Shown: positions 1-21,146, counted from the stretch's first letter. The stretch: 64,000 bases of DNA from Lytechinus pictus (GCF_037042905.1 NC_087251.1:17734001-17798000); one strand, 5' to 3'. The notes: a model not told the origin generated them from the letters alone. Numbers and translations are program-made.

Positions 1-9
1 GAATCTAAA

Positions 10-3000
10 TCAAAAGTTCTTGCTTTTGCCCCTACTGAAGAATGTTTCTGATTCTTCTAATCCTCGTGTGCTGTGAATGACAGATGCTACAAGACCAAGT
101 GTATGTCCAGACAGAGCCCCGATACAGCAAGAGACAGGCCATTTCTATAGGAAGGAAGGAAACAGATGTGAGATTTTCATATTCCACATAGATAGAATAT
201 TGCTGTGTGATCGGTCATACATATGTATGTGAATCATGTAAAGAATAGTAGATTCGCCCAAACAAAAGATGGTGTTTTGCTTTTCACTAATATCCTTGAA
301 GCTAACAGATTATGATGATAATGCAAAATAAATGTCACACATTGTTAAGGGCTCGGTTACATCGTTCTGTGCAAGCCTTGCGTGTGACCTGAGGGTGACT
401 ATTTTGGCTACCCGCAGGTTGCCCGCATTGGAAAGTATCTCATACATATCTCAAACACAGTTGCCCAAAGGAGCACACGCAAGTCTGATTTGCATGCAGA
501 AAAGTTTTGAACATGCTCAAAACCTGTTGACGGTGAGTTGTGGGTGATTGCCCGCAACTCATCCATAAGGCTTGCACGGAATGATATGATAGGGCCTTAA
601 GTAATGTGAATATACCACTTTTTTGCACCAGACTATCAGGATGAGATGGGGATTCAAATATTGGTTAAGGATGACATTTTACATCCATTCCAGGGACCCC
701 AGTGAGTTGGATTGCAAAGCAGACTTTTGTCTGAAACACATTTATACCTTCAATTTGTACAATATTGTGACAGCTGATATGAACATCAAGAAGCCAATAT
801 CAACCGAATATTCATTAAGTTTCGATGTCCTGATATTTCAATGTTGTGCAGCCCCCAAAAATTGTGGATTCACTTTTTAACATAGAGAGCTGGGATTTGG
901 AGGATAGATTTTTTTTATATAGATTATCTCATTATCAAAACAAAGCAACATTTCACAAAATGTTCAGATACAAGGTCTTGCCACCTATGAACAGAAGCCA
1001 TCCTTCATCAACAAAAAATATGTTCTTTCAATGAAAAAAAAAAACAGTATTTTTTTTAAAACAAAACATTATTCTAAACCATGAAGACAAAATCCAGGGG
1101 CCCATCTTACAGAGAGTTGCGATTGATCCGATCACTTGCAACTATGGAAAGTCAGCAAAGTCTACAAATAAAATGCATGTTTGTTCAAAAAAAATTCTAG
1201 ATATGAATGTATATCCATAAATTTATTGATTTTGTGAGAATTTGGTGTGTTCTCCTTTGTTTATAAAGGACATTTTGCAAATTTCCTGTAGAAAAAATTA
1301 TTACACCGATGGATTTCCATAGATTTATAATTGATCGGATCAATCGTAACTCTTTGTAAGACAGGGCCCAGGTCTTACCTGCCATGGTCTATCCCAATCA
1401 AGAGGTATAGGAAAAGCACCAAGCCACGCACCAAGTAGACTGAAGAATACAATGTATGCTAAACACGTCTCAACACCAGCATGTGGCCTAGGAACATAAA
1501 AGATAGAAAAATAAATGTTTTAAAACTATCAATATTCATCTCACACATGGCTCACCTCATCACTGAAAGCATACATGCACAGCTTAATAATATTTTGGAG
1601 GAGGATCTAATCTTGAAGAATTAGCAACTATGAGCAATTTGAATAATGTTATACAGTGTAATACAACGTAATATAGGTATAAATGACCATTCAGACCACG
1701 GGAGAAGAAAGTGATCATAACAGGCAGGTAGCCTCTAAGAACAGGTTTCTATAGTACATGCTTAATTACAAAAGAGAGAGAGAAGAAAATGGCACTCTTA
1801 GAGATAAGTGGTAGTTTTAATTGGGGATAAAGTAGGTTTTACTGTGTCAACCTAGTCTAAATAATTATATCTTATCTGAGCCTTGTTGCATAAAATCTAC
1901 TACTGCTATTATGGTAATAACTTTACCATCCAACGGCAACTACCATGGTAACAATGCTCAACAGCCAATCAGAAGCATTGACTTCATGGAAGGTACCATT
2001 AGATGACAAAGTTACTATAATAGTCCTTATATTACCTTCTGCTACCTATGAGCCTGCTGTAACACTCGGCATTGGTACCCAATACACACAGAGTTGGAAT
2101 GGTTACTATCGTTGTCAGCAAAACACCAAACGTGGCTGTTTCTGTCACAGTTCTGTGTAGATTCAATTACATTGAAATAAATCAAAATCTTACCAAGAAA
2201 ATAAATTCTTATCAGTGAGTCACATAACAAAGTTTATACTAAATACATTTGAAAGTTAATTTGTGGAATTATTTTGTGTACTGCTACAAGTTAATCATTT
2301 AATTAAAAACACCTAAAAGTATTTAACATACAACGAATTCAATAAAGAGAGTATCTAAATGTTAGGGGAATAGAATGAAAATAAATTTCATTACTTGGCT
2401 GAGCATTATTACAGAAGCAGCAAAGAAGAGGCCGCCATTAATTTCAAGCTAAAACGCTTTACAATGGCAGTCTCCTGCATTCATAAATTCAAATATTTCT
2501 AATAAAAGAAAACTCTATACTTCAAATAGTTATTTTGAATTCATTATATATGACTACTTATTGCTTATATATGAATTATATTTTAACATGTATATTGTAG
2601 AGTATGTAAACACATGTTATACATGTAATATTGTATTATATTAAATGCAGAAATGAAAAACAAACAAACAATAATCTCATCACTGGGTGATTGAAAAATC
2701 ATCACACACTGCAAAATGGCACAGGCAATTGCATTCTAGCACATGAGCAGTTATACAGTAATTGCATAATGACACTAAGTCTGAATGACTCACTCTGTAA
2801 ATGGTGCACCATACAGAACTGCAATTATATGGAATGCAATAGAACTGAAGAAAATAAGTAATCCATATTTTATACTGGACACAACCTTAGCTGAGACATT
2901 GTTGATTATCGTAGAACTTGCCCGAGATCTCTATGGGGGAAAAAAGGACAAAAAAAGTTCGGTAAAGCAAACTGAACAGTGTTATGCACTGCATCCAACA

Positions 3001-5784
3001 ACAAAAAAGAAAACCTATTTTGAGGGATATATAATAATGTATATATATATATATATACAGTGCGTCCGAGAAAAAACTAAACCGAGATTAAGCAATGATT
3101 TATCATAATTTAATCACAAATACAATAGACAAATGACCTACCAATGTAAAGCTTAGAATCTCCCCTTTCATCTGATATTACTTAGATTATTCCTCATTCA
3201 CACATCAGTGAGCAAAAACAATTTGAAGAAAGGATACCAAAAACTCATTTGGCGGGGGGTATCTGAATTTCAAAAAGAAAATCACATGACTAAAAAGTTC
3301 ACTATCTGCTCTTTTATTTGATACCTTAATCACAAAAAATGGTCAAGAAGTAAAACAGTTATGTTCCTTCGAAACAATGCTTGTGTTTCCATAATTTCAT
3401 TAAATAAACGTATTTTCACCGGTTTCCCACAGAAGCTATCGCATGATTAACAAAAGGCTTAATGCATGGCTGATGGTCAACAAAACGGAGTGTCGAGTGA
3501 GTTTGAACGCTAGCCTGTAAAACCTCTTCATTTTATGAAATCATTGAAATTCAAGCCTTATTTCAAATAACCAGAACTTTGTTATTTCCTGACCATTTTC
3601 TGTAATTGAGGTATCAAATTAAAGAGCAGATATTGAACTTTTTGAAAATGTGGTTTTCTTTTTGAAACCCAGATACAGCCCGCCAAATGACTTTTTGGTA
3701 TCCCCTCTTCAAATTGTTTTTGCTCACTCATGAAGTCCACAAATTTTCGACGAGTACATACCGTCTTTATCAAGTGAATGACAAAAGTACCGCGTTTCCA
3801 TGTACAATTGCCTTGTGTAACTAGGCGTATTGTAATGGAGACGCATTAGGCTAAAAAACATAGACCTACATGTAGTTACACAAGGCAATTGTACATGGAA
3901 ACGCAGTACTTTTGTCATTCACTTGATAAAGACCGTATGTACTCGTCGAAAATTTGTGGACTTCAATAAATTTTGTTGGATTAAAGCATGAAAGTTTCAA
4001 CCTTGTTTCTCTCTCTCTCTCTCTCTATGTATACTATGTATATAAATATGTATCAAAATCATCAATTAAACTTTGATTTAAAATTAATTTTAAGTGAAAT
4101 CTCCTCTTTGATTAGAGTTCTGAATGGGCTGGTCACACATGACAAACTCCTACCAATGAAAACTGAGAAATGAGAAGAAGGATTTGCATGGAAATGAATC
4201 TGCATCCCCATGCATGTATAGACCGAGTGAAAAAAAAAGCAATCAACACAAAAGAAATGTACTTATTAATAACTTGTCCATTTTGGAATAAGATAGTGGT
4301 ATCCAGTATCCTGCACAAATCTTGATTTATTTGTAAGTTTATTTGCCAATTTCTTGTTGATTTTAACATGGTGTAAATTAAAATTTCAAACTCTTCTTCA
4401 CTCATGGATCTAGGATAAATTTTTAATATCATATCAGACATCAAAATAAAATGGATGAACAGAACTTTACATGTATACAAAATGTTTATCAAATACCATA
4501 AATTATTTGAATAAGCTAAAAAAATTACTGGTTTCCTTTTTTGGCATTACCTTGTCCATTCACTGCCGTTTATTTCGTCAGCGCTGGTGACTTCTTTCCT
4601 TTTCCATTGACTTTATACACAACGAGTGCACAGACACCGACACACACATGACATACATGTACGAGGAGAAAGGTGACTAATTTCACGACAAGGCCAATTT
4701 ATTTGAAGAACCTAGTTATATGACTGTGTGAACTATGATGAATAGTTTCAATGGAAACTGACAATGTCAAAAAATCAAGCATTTGGATCCAAGGCAAGAA
4801 CAAGACAGAGAAGAAAATAAGCCAAACATTACAACCTTATTAATTAATATTATAACATGTATATAGGCTTATTTCACCACACAGGGAATGAAAACAGAGA
4901 TAGAGAACAAGGTTATATCATAAACTTCTCATTGATCCATTGAATGAATGGTTCATTCGTACGTACTACCACTCATTCAATGAACTAGGCACTCATTCAT
5001 GTACTCATTCAATGAACAAGGTTATGATATAACCTTGTTCTCAGTTCTAACTTCTATCTCCATGTGTGGCAAAATAAGGATGGCAATGTTTGGCTTATTT
5101 TCTCTTTTTCTTTGGGACAAATGCTTGATTTTTTACACTGACAGTTTCCATTACACCTATTCGTCATACAACTTGGCCCTTAAGTAAATTTGATCCTTTA
5201 AATTATTTTTTCTTAATTGAAAATAGAGATAAAAAATGAAAGTTTTCTTGCCATATTATTTTCCACCAATAGAGGGCGTACACAAAAACATGCCCAAAAT
5301 TCAAGTTTTTGAGCGCTCTAGTGAATACAAAAATTATTCTCAAGTTACAAATGAAAAATAAATTGCAACTGTATGGAAATTAGTAATTTTGGTCGCAAAA
5401 GTGATATTTTAATCAGTTTTTAAAGTGTGTGCTCTGTACAGCATTGGCATGCCATAGTCCAACCTGTAGATTCCCCACAGGCAGGGTGGTTGCAGTTAAC
5501 AACATTCATGTAGGTTAACGTACCTTGCCCGCCGATGAAGCATCAAAATCAGATTCCATTCCACATAACAAACTGTATCCGCATAGTTCCAACACGCCGT
5601 AAGAAATACACCATATTTTCAAAGTATTTACCGGGCCTTTAATAAGATTGGTTGATGGATTCGGGTGAACCATCAAAACGATTGTGGAAAGCAGAAAAAC
5701 AAGTAAAAATATCATCAAATAAAGCAAAGATTTTCTATATCTTCTTGAGGTACCAGAATTTAGTGGTACACTGGAGGCTGCCAT
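10..5784 (-). CDS. PIGF: GPI-anchor biosynthesis class F protein (PIG-F/Gpi11), 5 exons, 252 aa
   Basis: Exons complement(5524..5784, 2794..2930, 2036..2152, 1379..1487, 10..144). All introns are GT-AG with compatible phases; 759 nt in total, ending TGA at 12..10. The translation includes FHIIAVLYGAPF, ETATFGVLLTT..PTLCVLG and the PIG-F signature [25 protein letters not shown]. Confidence 0.93.
349..596. mobile_element. Degenerate TIR MITE (PIF/Harbinger-like), PIGF intron 4
   Basis: Imperfect inverted ends GGGCTCGGTTACATCGTTCTGTGCAAGCCTT ... AAGGCTTGCACGGAATGATATGATAGGGCC, with TTAA on both sides. Confidence 0.6.
1098..1368. mobile_element. MITE with CAG target duplication (Harbinger-like)
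   Basis: TIRs of about 35 bp (GGGCCCATCTTACAGAGAGTTGCGATTGATCCGATCA / TGATCGGATCAATCGTAACTCTTTGTAAGACAGGGCC); CAG at 1095-1097 and 1369-1371. Confidence 0.8.
3058..3730. mobile_element. Tc1/mariner-type foldback MITE, right end missing (same family as 50413-51234)
   Basis: Starts CAGTGCGTCC after a (TA)n run. Arm and central spacer are near-identical to 50413-51090. Truncated where the palindromic element at 3731 begins. Confidence 0.85.
3731..3965. mobile_element. Palindromic MITE with ~90-bp near-perfect inverted arms
   Basis: TGAAGTCCACAAATTTTCGACGAGTACATAC...GTGTAACTA at left is mirrored by TAGTTACAC...GTATGTACTCGTCGAAAATTTGTGGACTTCA. No TSD is visible. Confidence 0.75.
4745..5430. repeat. 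Interspersed repeat with two inverted arms, PIGF intron 1; related copy at ~47740-48150
   Basis: AGAAAATAAGCCAAACATT and CAAGGTTATATCATAA (4812-4925) recur inverted at ~5015-5105. TTCCACCAATAGAGGGC..CACAAAAA.ATGC.CAAAAT matches the reverse complement of 47815-47890. Confidence 0.7.
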
Positions 5785-5806
5785 CTTGAAAGTTTCCCGT
5801 TTCGGT

Positions 5807-5819
5807 CACTAGATGGCGC
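5807..5819 (+). promoter_or_regulatory. CTCF-like motif immediately upstream of the PIGF start codon
   Basis: CACTAGATGGCGC matches the CTCF core CCAC(C/T)AG(A/G)(G/T)GGCGC. The ATG context AAGATGGC also resembles a YY1 site. Confidence 0.45.
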
Positions 5820-5899
5820 AGTAGCTCAGTTTTAGTTAGTTTTAGTGATGCCAGTGTCTGCAAACAAATTTTCTGCTGTATAGAATAAAATATATACCC

Positions 5900-6361
5900 C
5901 GGGAATATACCTTTGCTGAAACAGGGCTGAAATTATGGTCTGAAATTTATGAGAATTTAAAAAAAAAAGTTGTTAGAATTTTAATTATTTGATTTGTGAC
6001 GTCACATGCGAGCATCTTTCAGTGGACTACATAAAGTATGGTTAAAAATCAATGAAATGCCTTTTTCTCAGAATATTGAAAACGGTTTTGATTGTACCCT
6101 TCAGTATATCAATACACAAAAGATTTATTACCCCCTAAAAAGAAAATAATTAATAAGTCATCATACCATTAAAATGAAATTTATGCATTTTATATTACAT
6201 AGGTCAATTATGGGACAGCTGCTCGTTTATGACGTCACAAATAAAAATTTAAATTTTGATAACTTTTTTAATCTTTTATGAATTTTTTTCAAACCTTCAC
6301 TAAAATTTTTAAATCATTTTTTCTGCTATTGTTACAACTTTCGTCGGGGTAAACTTCCCCT
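5900..6361. mobile_element. Partial TTAA-targeting (Kolobok-like) MITE
   Basis: Right end GGGGTAAACTTCCCCT|TTAA. The body resembles 25901-26292 and contains two TGACGTCA sites. Left boundary is approximate. Confidence 0.55.
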
Positions 6362-7419
6362 TTAAGTTGTCGACGCAATTGTCGCTCTGTGGATTATGAT
6401 GCGAAATCAGACATTTTTACAAGAAAGTGTAAAGATTTCGCTTCCAGCTGCATGCAACCCGACATAGTCCTATATACCTATTTCACAGAATCATTAGATC
6501 CCATCAGCCTCTCCCAAACAAAATGAGAAAGAGAGAGAGAGATATCAGGCCTACGCTTTGGGGTGAAATATAAATACGATAATTAAATGGTACAATATAT
6601 GAAAACCTTTCCATGATATTCAAGAAAATTTAATTACTTTGTAGAATTTATCAGATCTCTGTGGAAGAAAATATAAATAGGCCTACTCAGACAGAGCGTT
6701 CATATGTAAAATCGTTCAAAATGAAAGTAGAACCACAGGCGTCGGCAGCGAGTGGGGCGGGGGGAGGGGGTGTCAGAGGGGGCACTTTCTCTCACCCCAA
6801 AATAAAGTATTGAGGGCAAAGCAAGCATCCCCCCATGTACCCACTAAAAGAAAAAAAAAGTAATCGATTATTTTGAAGGGAAAATAAATTATGAAGCATA
6901 TTCTTGTATAAAATTTTCAATTTCATAACTGAAAAAAATGAAAGAAAAATAATTGCACCTGACGGGGCAAGTTAAAGGGTAAACCCTTTTATTTTCCCTT
7001 AATTCTTAGTTTACATGCAATGTAAGGATATTTTTTATTGCTTGCGTATAATGAAATAAATAGTTTTCTTAAATATTTGTTTTCATCCTTCACTGTGAAT
7101 TTTGACTATTTTCGAAGAATTTTGTTTTTAAATGCTTTCTAAACGCGACTTTTATATCCAATTCTTGACAAACTCCCGGGGGGCGGGGGGTCATAGGCGG
7201 ATCCAGGGGAGGGGACGCCGCTTTGCAGGACATCTCCCGAGGACCTGTGTGTGGCTGTGAGATTGTTCCAGTCATTTTTAATTTTGATGTTAACTTCGTA
7301 GCTTCTTTGCGATTGAGCCAATCACTTAAACATGCCTGTGAAGGACATGTGTTAGTTTAGGGTTTAGTTTCTTTTTTTAATAGAGTTAATATAGTGGCGC
7401 CATTCGAGTATATTACTTG

Positions 7420-8010
7420 GCAAATCCACCCTAACAAAAATTTAATTTGAATAAAGAGATAAAATTGAACAAGAATAACACTGAAAATTTCATCAAAATC
7501 GACTGTTTTGATATTCTAAATGTTCACAAAACAGTTGAATGCACATCCTGGTTAGTACGTAAACGAAGGGATTGATGACATCATCCACTCAATATTTCAT
7601 TTATTATTTTTATTCTATTTTATGAAATTTGATATTACTAAAATTTTCTCTTTATTTTCATGCCTGGTTTTCATGTGAATCAGTTTTATTCCTCCCTGAA
7701 CCTGTAGAATTACCATTATTTTATTTAACATTTTGTGTTTCAATCAGTGCCCTTATTGTCAAATCTATATATACAGAAATTAAAATATTGTATTACAATA
7801 AAAACATAAGAGAGTGACATCATTGACTCTCTCATTTGCTTATCACTGAGTTGTGAATATAAATGTGAAAAATACATTTGTAAAAAATAACCGAAACTTA
7901 AAAAATTTTACTTTACATCCGATTTTAATAAAATTATTAGCATATGTCGCTTGTTTGACTTTCATCTGGATCTATATAGGTCAACTTTTTTCTTTCGGGG
8001 TGGACTTGAA
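7420..8010. mobile_element. Degenerate Kolobok-like MITE (family of 21147-21716)
   Basis: CAAATCCACCC ... GGGGTGGACTTG ends. Internal blocks (CTGAAAATTTCATCAAAATCG, TGCACATCCTGG, TGATGACATCATCCACTC) are shared with 21147-21716. Confidence 0.7.
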
Positions 8011-8121
8011 TACATTACATATACCTTGATTTTTACACTATTCCCCCTCTAATTTTATTCTTGTTTTGGCATCAATATACCCAAGACCCCCCCCCCCCTT
8101 CTGCCACGATGATTAAAAGCA

Positions 8122-8237
8122 GAGTGACGTCACTCCCAAACAAAGATCAGCTGGCCCACGCTTGTCTGCATACAGACAGAACACAGAACCTTGCACACGT
8201 ACCGTAAACTGGGAGCGCGTTCGTGAATTTTGTTTAC
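8122..8237 (+). promoter_or_regulatory. Candidate LC3C proximal promoter elements: palindromic CRE and FoxO site
   Basis: A 14-bp perfect palindrome GAGTGACGTCACTC (8122-8135) and TTGTTTAC (8230-8237) lie within 250 bp of the ATG, in non-repeat CpG-containing sequence. Confidence 0.45.
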
Positions 8238-8368
8238 TTTAGCTTGCTGAGGAACTGTTTCACCGCCTGACAGTCTGGATTTTATTGGAGCTAATATTTA
8301 AAATTTCAACCTTATCTTGCAAATCGCTGCTAACGTTCCCCGTGGATTTTTAGAGGTGTACTGCCACG

Positions 8369-15846
<7,478 letters not shown>

Positions 15847-18495
15847 GAGACCGCATCCGTGAGCTCATCTCTTTATCACGTTGCTTTCTACTCGCCTTTA
15901 TGTCTTAATATTCCAAATATTTATGTACTATTCTATTTTTCAGCATTGCTTTTTTTTTGTCCTTGAATTGTTTTGCCTGCCTGAAGATGAGCAAATGGAG
16001 AGAAAATCTCGCATGAACTCAGAATGCCAAAGCGCAAAGCATGAAGCAAGATGTGTGTGCATGAATGGATGTACATGTATGTATGTACATGTACATAGGT
16101 GTATATGAATTAAAGGGGTCTTGCCGAGCATCATGCACCAGTGCTGGAACGGAAAACATGTACGGACTGAACAAGATGTCAGTCAAGAATATCAGCAGGT
16201 CTCCAATTATGTACAGAGTATGTGAAGATGCTCCCAGTTGATGCAACGTTGTTATTATGTAACACACATGTAAGTAAACATGATTGAAGCTTCAATTTTG
16301 TACCTGGCCATTGTGTATGTTACCTTAATACCGAGCATTCAGTATGTTCATGATTAAGTTTCAAAACACACTGAATGTTTTGAAGTACCGTATTAAAGAC
16401 ACAATTCAAAATTGCAGTCCACAAGAGTATCGCGTATGCTAAAGAAATTATTTTGCTCAAGAGGGTGCTGTTCTGTATGAAAAGCCTAATCAGCATTAAT
16501 ATTTTGAACTTGAAAGGTATAAGTTTATGATAGATGTCATTGAAAGCCAAGGTGTCATTGTCTATTCCTATCTTAAACTTGGGATTTTACCCAAGAAAAT
16601 AGCTAGGAATGCATCAAATTGGTCCACTTGACTTTTCTAGAGGTCCTCTAGAAACCAATATTTATGATTTGGTACATTTATGTCTACTGATGGGGGAAAA
16701 TATATTCTACAAGTAAGTCTGTTTTGGTGCCCTAATGCCAGCCATCACATAAATCTTTTGAACATTTCAAAATACCCCACTTATTCGTTATGGGAATCTT
16801 TCTAGTCAGAACTATCAATCTGTTTTGTGAAAGTACATTGGCCTGCTAATTAAAAGATGAAGATAGTCTAATGATTTGGCGTGGGTTGAATTCTTCACGG
16901 TACCAGGCTTTTATTGCATGCTGTCGAAAACGTGGAGCTCAGAATGGGCATGCTACATACTTAGCATCATAAGCCCAAGCCGGTATATTCCATGTGAATC
17001 GCCCCACTTAGGTTGATGAAAACAGGGTTTATTATCAAAACTTTTTCTAGAAGGACTGATTGAGCTAGAATCTTGATGAACTTGTCAAACTTGGACCAAT
17101 GGAAACACACATGTTGAAACAGATTAACACTGGTGTTAGTATGTAGATAACCCTTTTACAAGTAAAAATCCACCTTTAATATGTATTTATGGGTGAAGAT
17201 TGTTGGTATAGGTTTGTTTGTGAAAAAAATACTAAAAATTAAAGTGCTTGTTTTTGTATTTTATATTTTCATATTCATATTTGATTGGTTGACATTTTTT
17301 TTTTCTTTTTGGGGTATTTTTTAATTTCTTTTTCAATTGAGAGTAGAAAATTGCATAGTACAGTACATGTATAAATATCATATATATGCTTTGATGTACC
17401 ACATACCGTAGCTGTCATTAGTTTATGTTTCATTTGGAAATTGTGATTTCTCCTTTTTCCTTTGGTTAGAAAAGTTTGACAGTAATGGATCTAAATGTAT
17501 GTATATTTTCAGGGTACCGTACATCACTACATGTATGCTTTTCCCAGCAATATAAGACATGTGCAATTTTCGCTAGGTTTTGCACTTTATTTTGTACATT
17601 ATTTTCATTGCCACCTACATAAAGAGAATACCATCAGCATGGTATGGAATTCCAATTTACAGAGTTGCTTGGTAAGTAAAGATTGAGAAAGTCATTTTGA
17701 CTTCTCTATTAAAGACTATTGATTTGATATTAACCTGCGTGGATGGTTAAAGGATTTCCTTTTTTAGAGGACTTGCAAAACCACCTGCCTTGCTTTAATC
17801 ACTTTATTGTTCCTATCAATCCACCATGAAGTAAGGAAAATATTTCTCTGCCATTGACCTTTCTATTCAATCAGGTCAGATGATATCTTATCAGTTGTTT
17901 GTGAAAATCAGAGTCTACATGTAGCAACACCATTGTTATGGTGAACTTGTTTGTTTTCAATACATTTGAATGTACATTTGATTTTCATTTGTAAGAAAGA
18001 CCAATGAAAACATGAATAATAAGCTTATTGTTGTTATGTTTTGTTGTAGAGAACAATTTAATTTGTTCATTGAAATTTGCTTCAGGGAAATGGTAAAGTT
18101 GAAGACATCAGCCTCCCACTCCCTCAAAACATAAATGTCACTTGTGAAGTCTGTCGGATTCAATGATTTGATTTAGTGAAACAATTTTCAATAGATCTCT
18201 TTCCATGTAAATATGTTGGATAAGTAAAAAAAAAATCATGAAAACATCTTTGATATCACAGAATATTCTATACCACAGCGTGAAAGAAAGAATGTTAAAA
18301 TGATAATCTGATTCACCCCCCCCCCAACTGTCTGAACTCAACTCCAAGACAAGGTGCTAAAACAACATGCCAGAAGTAATTTTGATGAAGGGCATATCTC
18401 CAAAAAGAAGAGTCAAATATTTGTATAAAGCATTGTGAATTTCAAAATATGTATACGAAAGATTTTCTCCAAAGTCAATTAAAAAAGTTTTTTAA

Positions 18496-18773
18496 GGCCT
18501 GGTCCCACTGGGCGACGTACACAAAATGTACTCATAACGAATACAGCGGACAGGCAAAATTTTGGGGTGTCTCCATCCGTTTTCATCCGCTCCAGACAAT
18601 GGACAAAATGGGCGAACAATGAAATCACAGTGGACAGATGCTCTATGGATATAGAGCGTATGAAACACGAATGCAAAGAGTACACATCGGATACATAACG
18701 TTTTCCAACTGATAGCAAGATTCTTCTCCATTTTACATCTTCTCTGCATCCGCAAGTGCAGTGGGACCAAGCC
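18496..18773. mobile_element. TIR MITE flanked by TTAA
   Basis: GGCCTGGTCCCACTG ... CAGTGGGACCAAGCC, with TTAA at 18492-18495 and 18774-18777. Confidence 0.75.
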
Positions 18774-21146
18774 TTAAAACATGATAGAAAGGATGATGGT
18801 ACATGAAATCTTTGTATGTTCAGAACAGGCAGTCCTCAGCATATCTTGGACTGAGCAGCATGTGCAGCATTTATTAATTCTTCTGTGAATCATCATCCTC
18901 TAAGTTCCTTTTGGTCATTGTTTTTGATAAGTCCCTGATGTGATTAAATGTACATGTATATTGGTGTCCAGGGAAAGGGAAAACAGTTATACTGTATCTC
19001 ATTTAAAATTAAATGCATGTGAATTTTGTATGAGAACATGGAAAGAGAATGAATCAGAATTTTGTGAGGATTCTGTAGTTTTATACTCTTATGTAATCAA
19101 CTCACTCATTGATTAATTTACGTGTGTCATCTTGGCTTAATTTGTAACTGGTTTTATGTTTAAACTGACTTTGGACTGTGATGAAAATTTTCATTGTATA
19201 CATGTAATGTACATTACAGGCACCCAGTCCCAGTTTACATCATTAGTGATATTTCCTCAACTTGTGCATTGCAAAAAGTAGTGTTGTGGGAGTACTGCAT
19301 CAAGCATTTTACATGAGTGTTAAATTCAAGGTGCTAGTTCAACACCAATTATTGGTGTTATGATAACACATTATATACACTCTTCGGTGTTGTATTAGCA
19401 TTATTCAGTGTTGATAATGGAAATTTCAAGCTAGCTTTGCTGCTAGCTTAGTGAGATCGTAAGTGGCATGCATAGAATTAATCGAGCGATCTTTTACATG
19501 TAGCTAGCATTTACTGTTCGCTACCTTGCGATTGCTTATTAAGTGAGCCACCGGCTAGTCGCTAGCACACTTAAATTTCTAAAAGGAATATATTCAACCT
19601 CCTTGGTGTACTTTGGTGTGCTTCTCTCACAACACCAACTGATTGCTATTCTTAACATAGAATTTATCGTATGATTATGCAGTACTACTACTACTAAACA
19701 ATGATTTTAAAAGGAAAAATCTGAAAATTAACATTTCTGTGCTCTACAAGTTGATTTCCTGTAGTTTTCTCGATAATTTTGCTCTATTTTCTTTGAGAAA
19801 TGTTGAATTCTGAGTTCTTAAAATAAATTTTCAACTAGAATCATCCACAATTTTGATTGGAAAGGTTTTAGAGGTCTGTTATATTATATATTTTTTTAAT
19901 CAATATTATCAAGAATTGATAGAAAAGAAAGAAGAAGAAGCTAATCATGTCTAGTCTGTTCATATGGCATTGCCTATTTACATGTAGATCACTAATGATT
20001 AGTAGTTTCTTCCAGAATGTATCGTACAGTACATATAATAGAACGTAAGATTTCATATACATAGCTTTCAATGTACATTGCATTTGGGTATATTTTTGTC
20101 TGGATTATAAAGCATAATAATTTGAATGTATACCATGTTGCATTTATTGGTGCTGGTAATTTTGATGTCTATTTACAAAGGCTTCCATGATCATAGTTGT
20201 ATGCAGCCAGTAGAATCCACGATGCCGCTATTGCATTGCAGTACATGTATGTATATAAAGACAATGACATTTAGAATATTATGCCAGTTCAGAAGAAGAA
20301 ACTTAATTTATTTAATGATGGCATTTGGCAGTTGAGACATTTTTCTGTTGTTAAATGCCTTTGAAAATTGTGTAATATTTGATCTGGCCTGTGGAAACAA
20401 GTTAGACAAACAACAAGTCATTACAGTTTTGACATCATTTGCCAACAGAAGTACTGAGGTATATTGTACGGTCAGATGTGGTCTATTACTGTATAGTAAT
20501 TTTTATGCAGAATACACTCTGTGTAGAGTACATGTATATTGATAATACAGCCCCCTGCTTTAATAGAATCTGAATCCAGTAAAATGGTTTCTAAAGGAAT
20601 TCATGAGTGAATGAACACTTGCATACATGTACATGTAGGCACAGAGTAATAGCTCTATGATGTAGGCATTAAAGGGAATCCCTATATCCCCTTTGGATGT
20701 TTGGACAAGATGAAAGGAAGAAATAGTATCAATGTACATGGAGTATCAACTACATGTATTACCAGATTAATATCATACCAGTACCTACTGTATTAAGTCA
20801 CAATGACTATATGTATATCAGCGCATTATAGTCCTACATGTACACTACTTCATTGGCCTCATAACAGGTCAAGTACTACTAACAATATCCAACTTTTTGT
20901 TCTGTCTGTCTTATATTTTTTATATAAAATACAAGTATGTGTGTACATGTAGGCCTACGTGGAGCTAACCTTTGTTTGATAAAATACTTAACACTCCACA
21001 AAATAATGAAAATATTCTTTGATAATAACAAGGGGGTGTTTCCCTGCACTCTTCATATAATATTTTCTTGTAATTCTACACATTGATTATAAAAGAGCAA
21101 ATTTTTGTAAATAGAATGCATCTTCCTTTCCTAAAGGGGTCGTTAA

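Noticed and set aside
4551..4610. 60-nt extra PIGF exon (AG...AAG|GTAATG on the minus strand)
   Set aside because: It has an in-frame TGA in the required phase, and exons 1 and 2 already join in frame.
8109..8207. 32-codon upstream ORF sharing the 11-nt context CTGCCACGATG with the LC3C start
   Set aside because: It overlaps the likely promoter motifs and is probably upstream of the transcription start; nothing beyond the sequence coincidence supports it.
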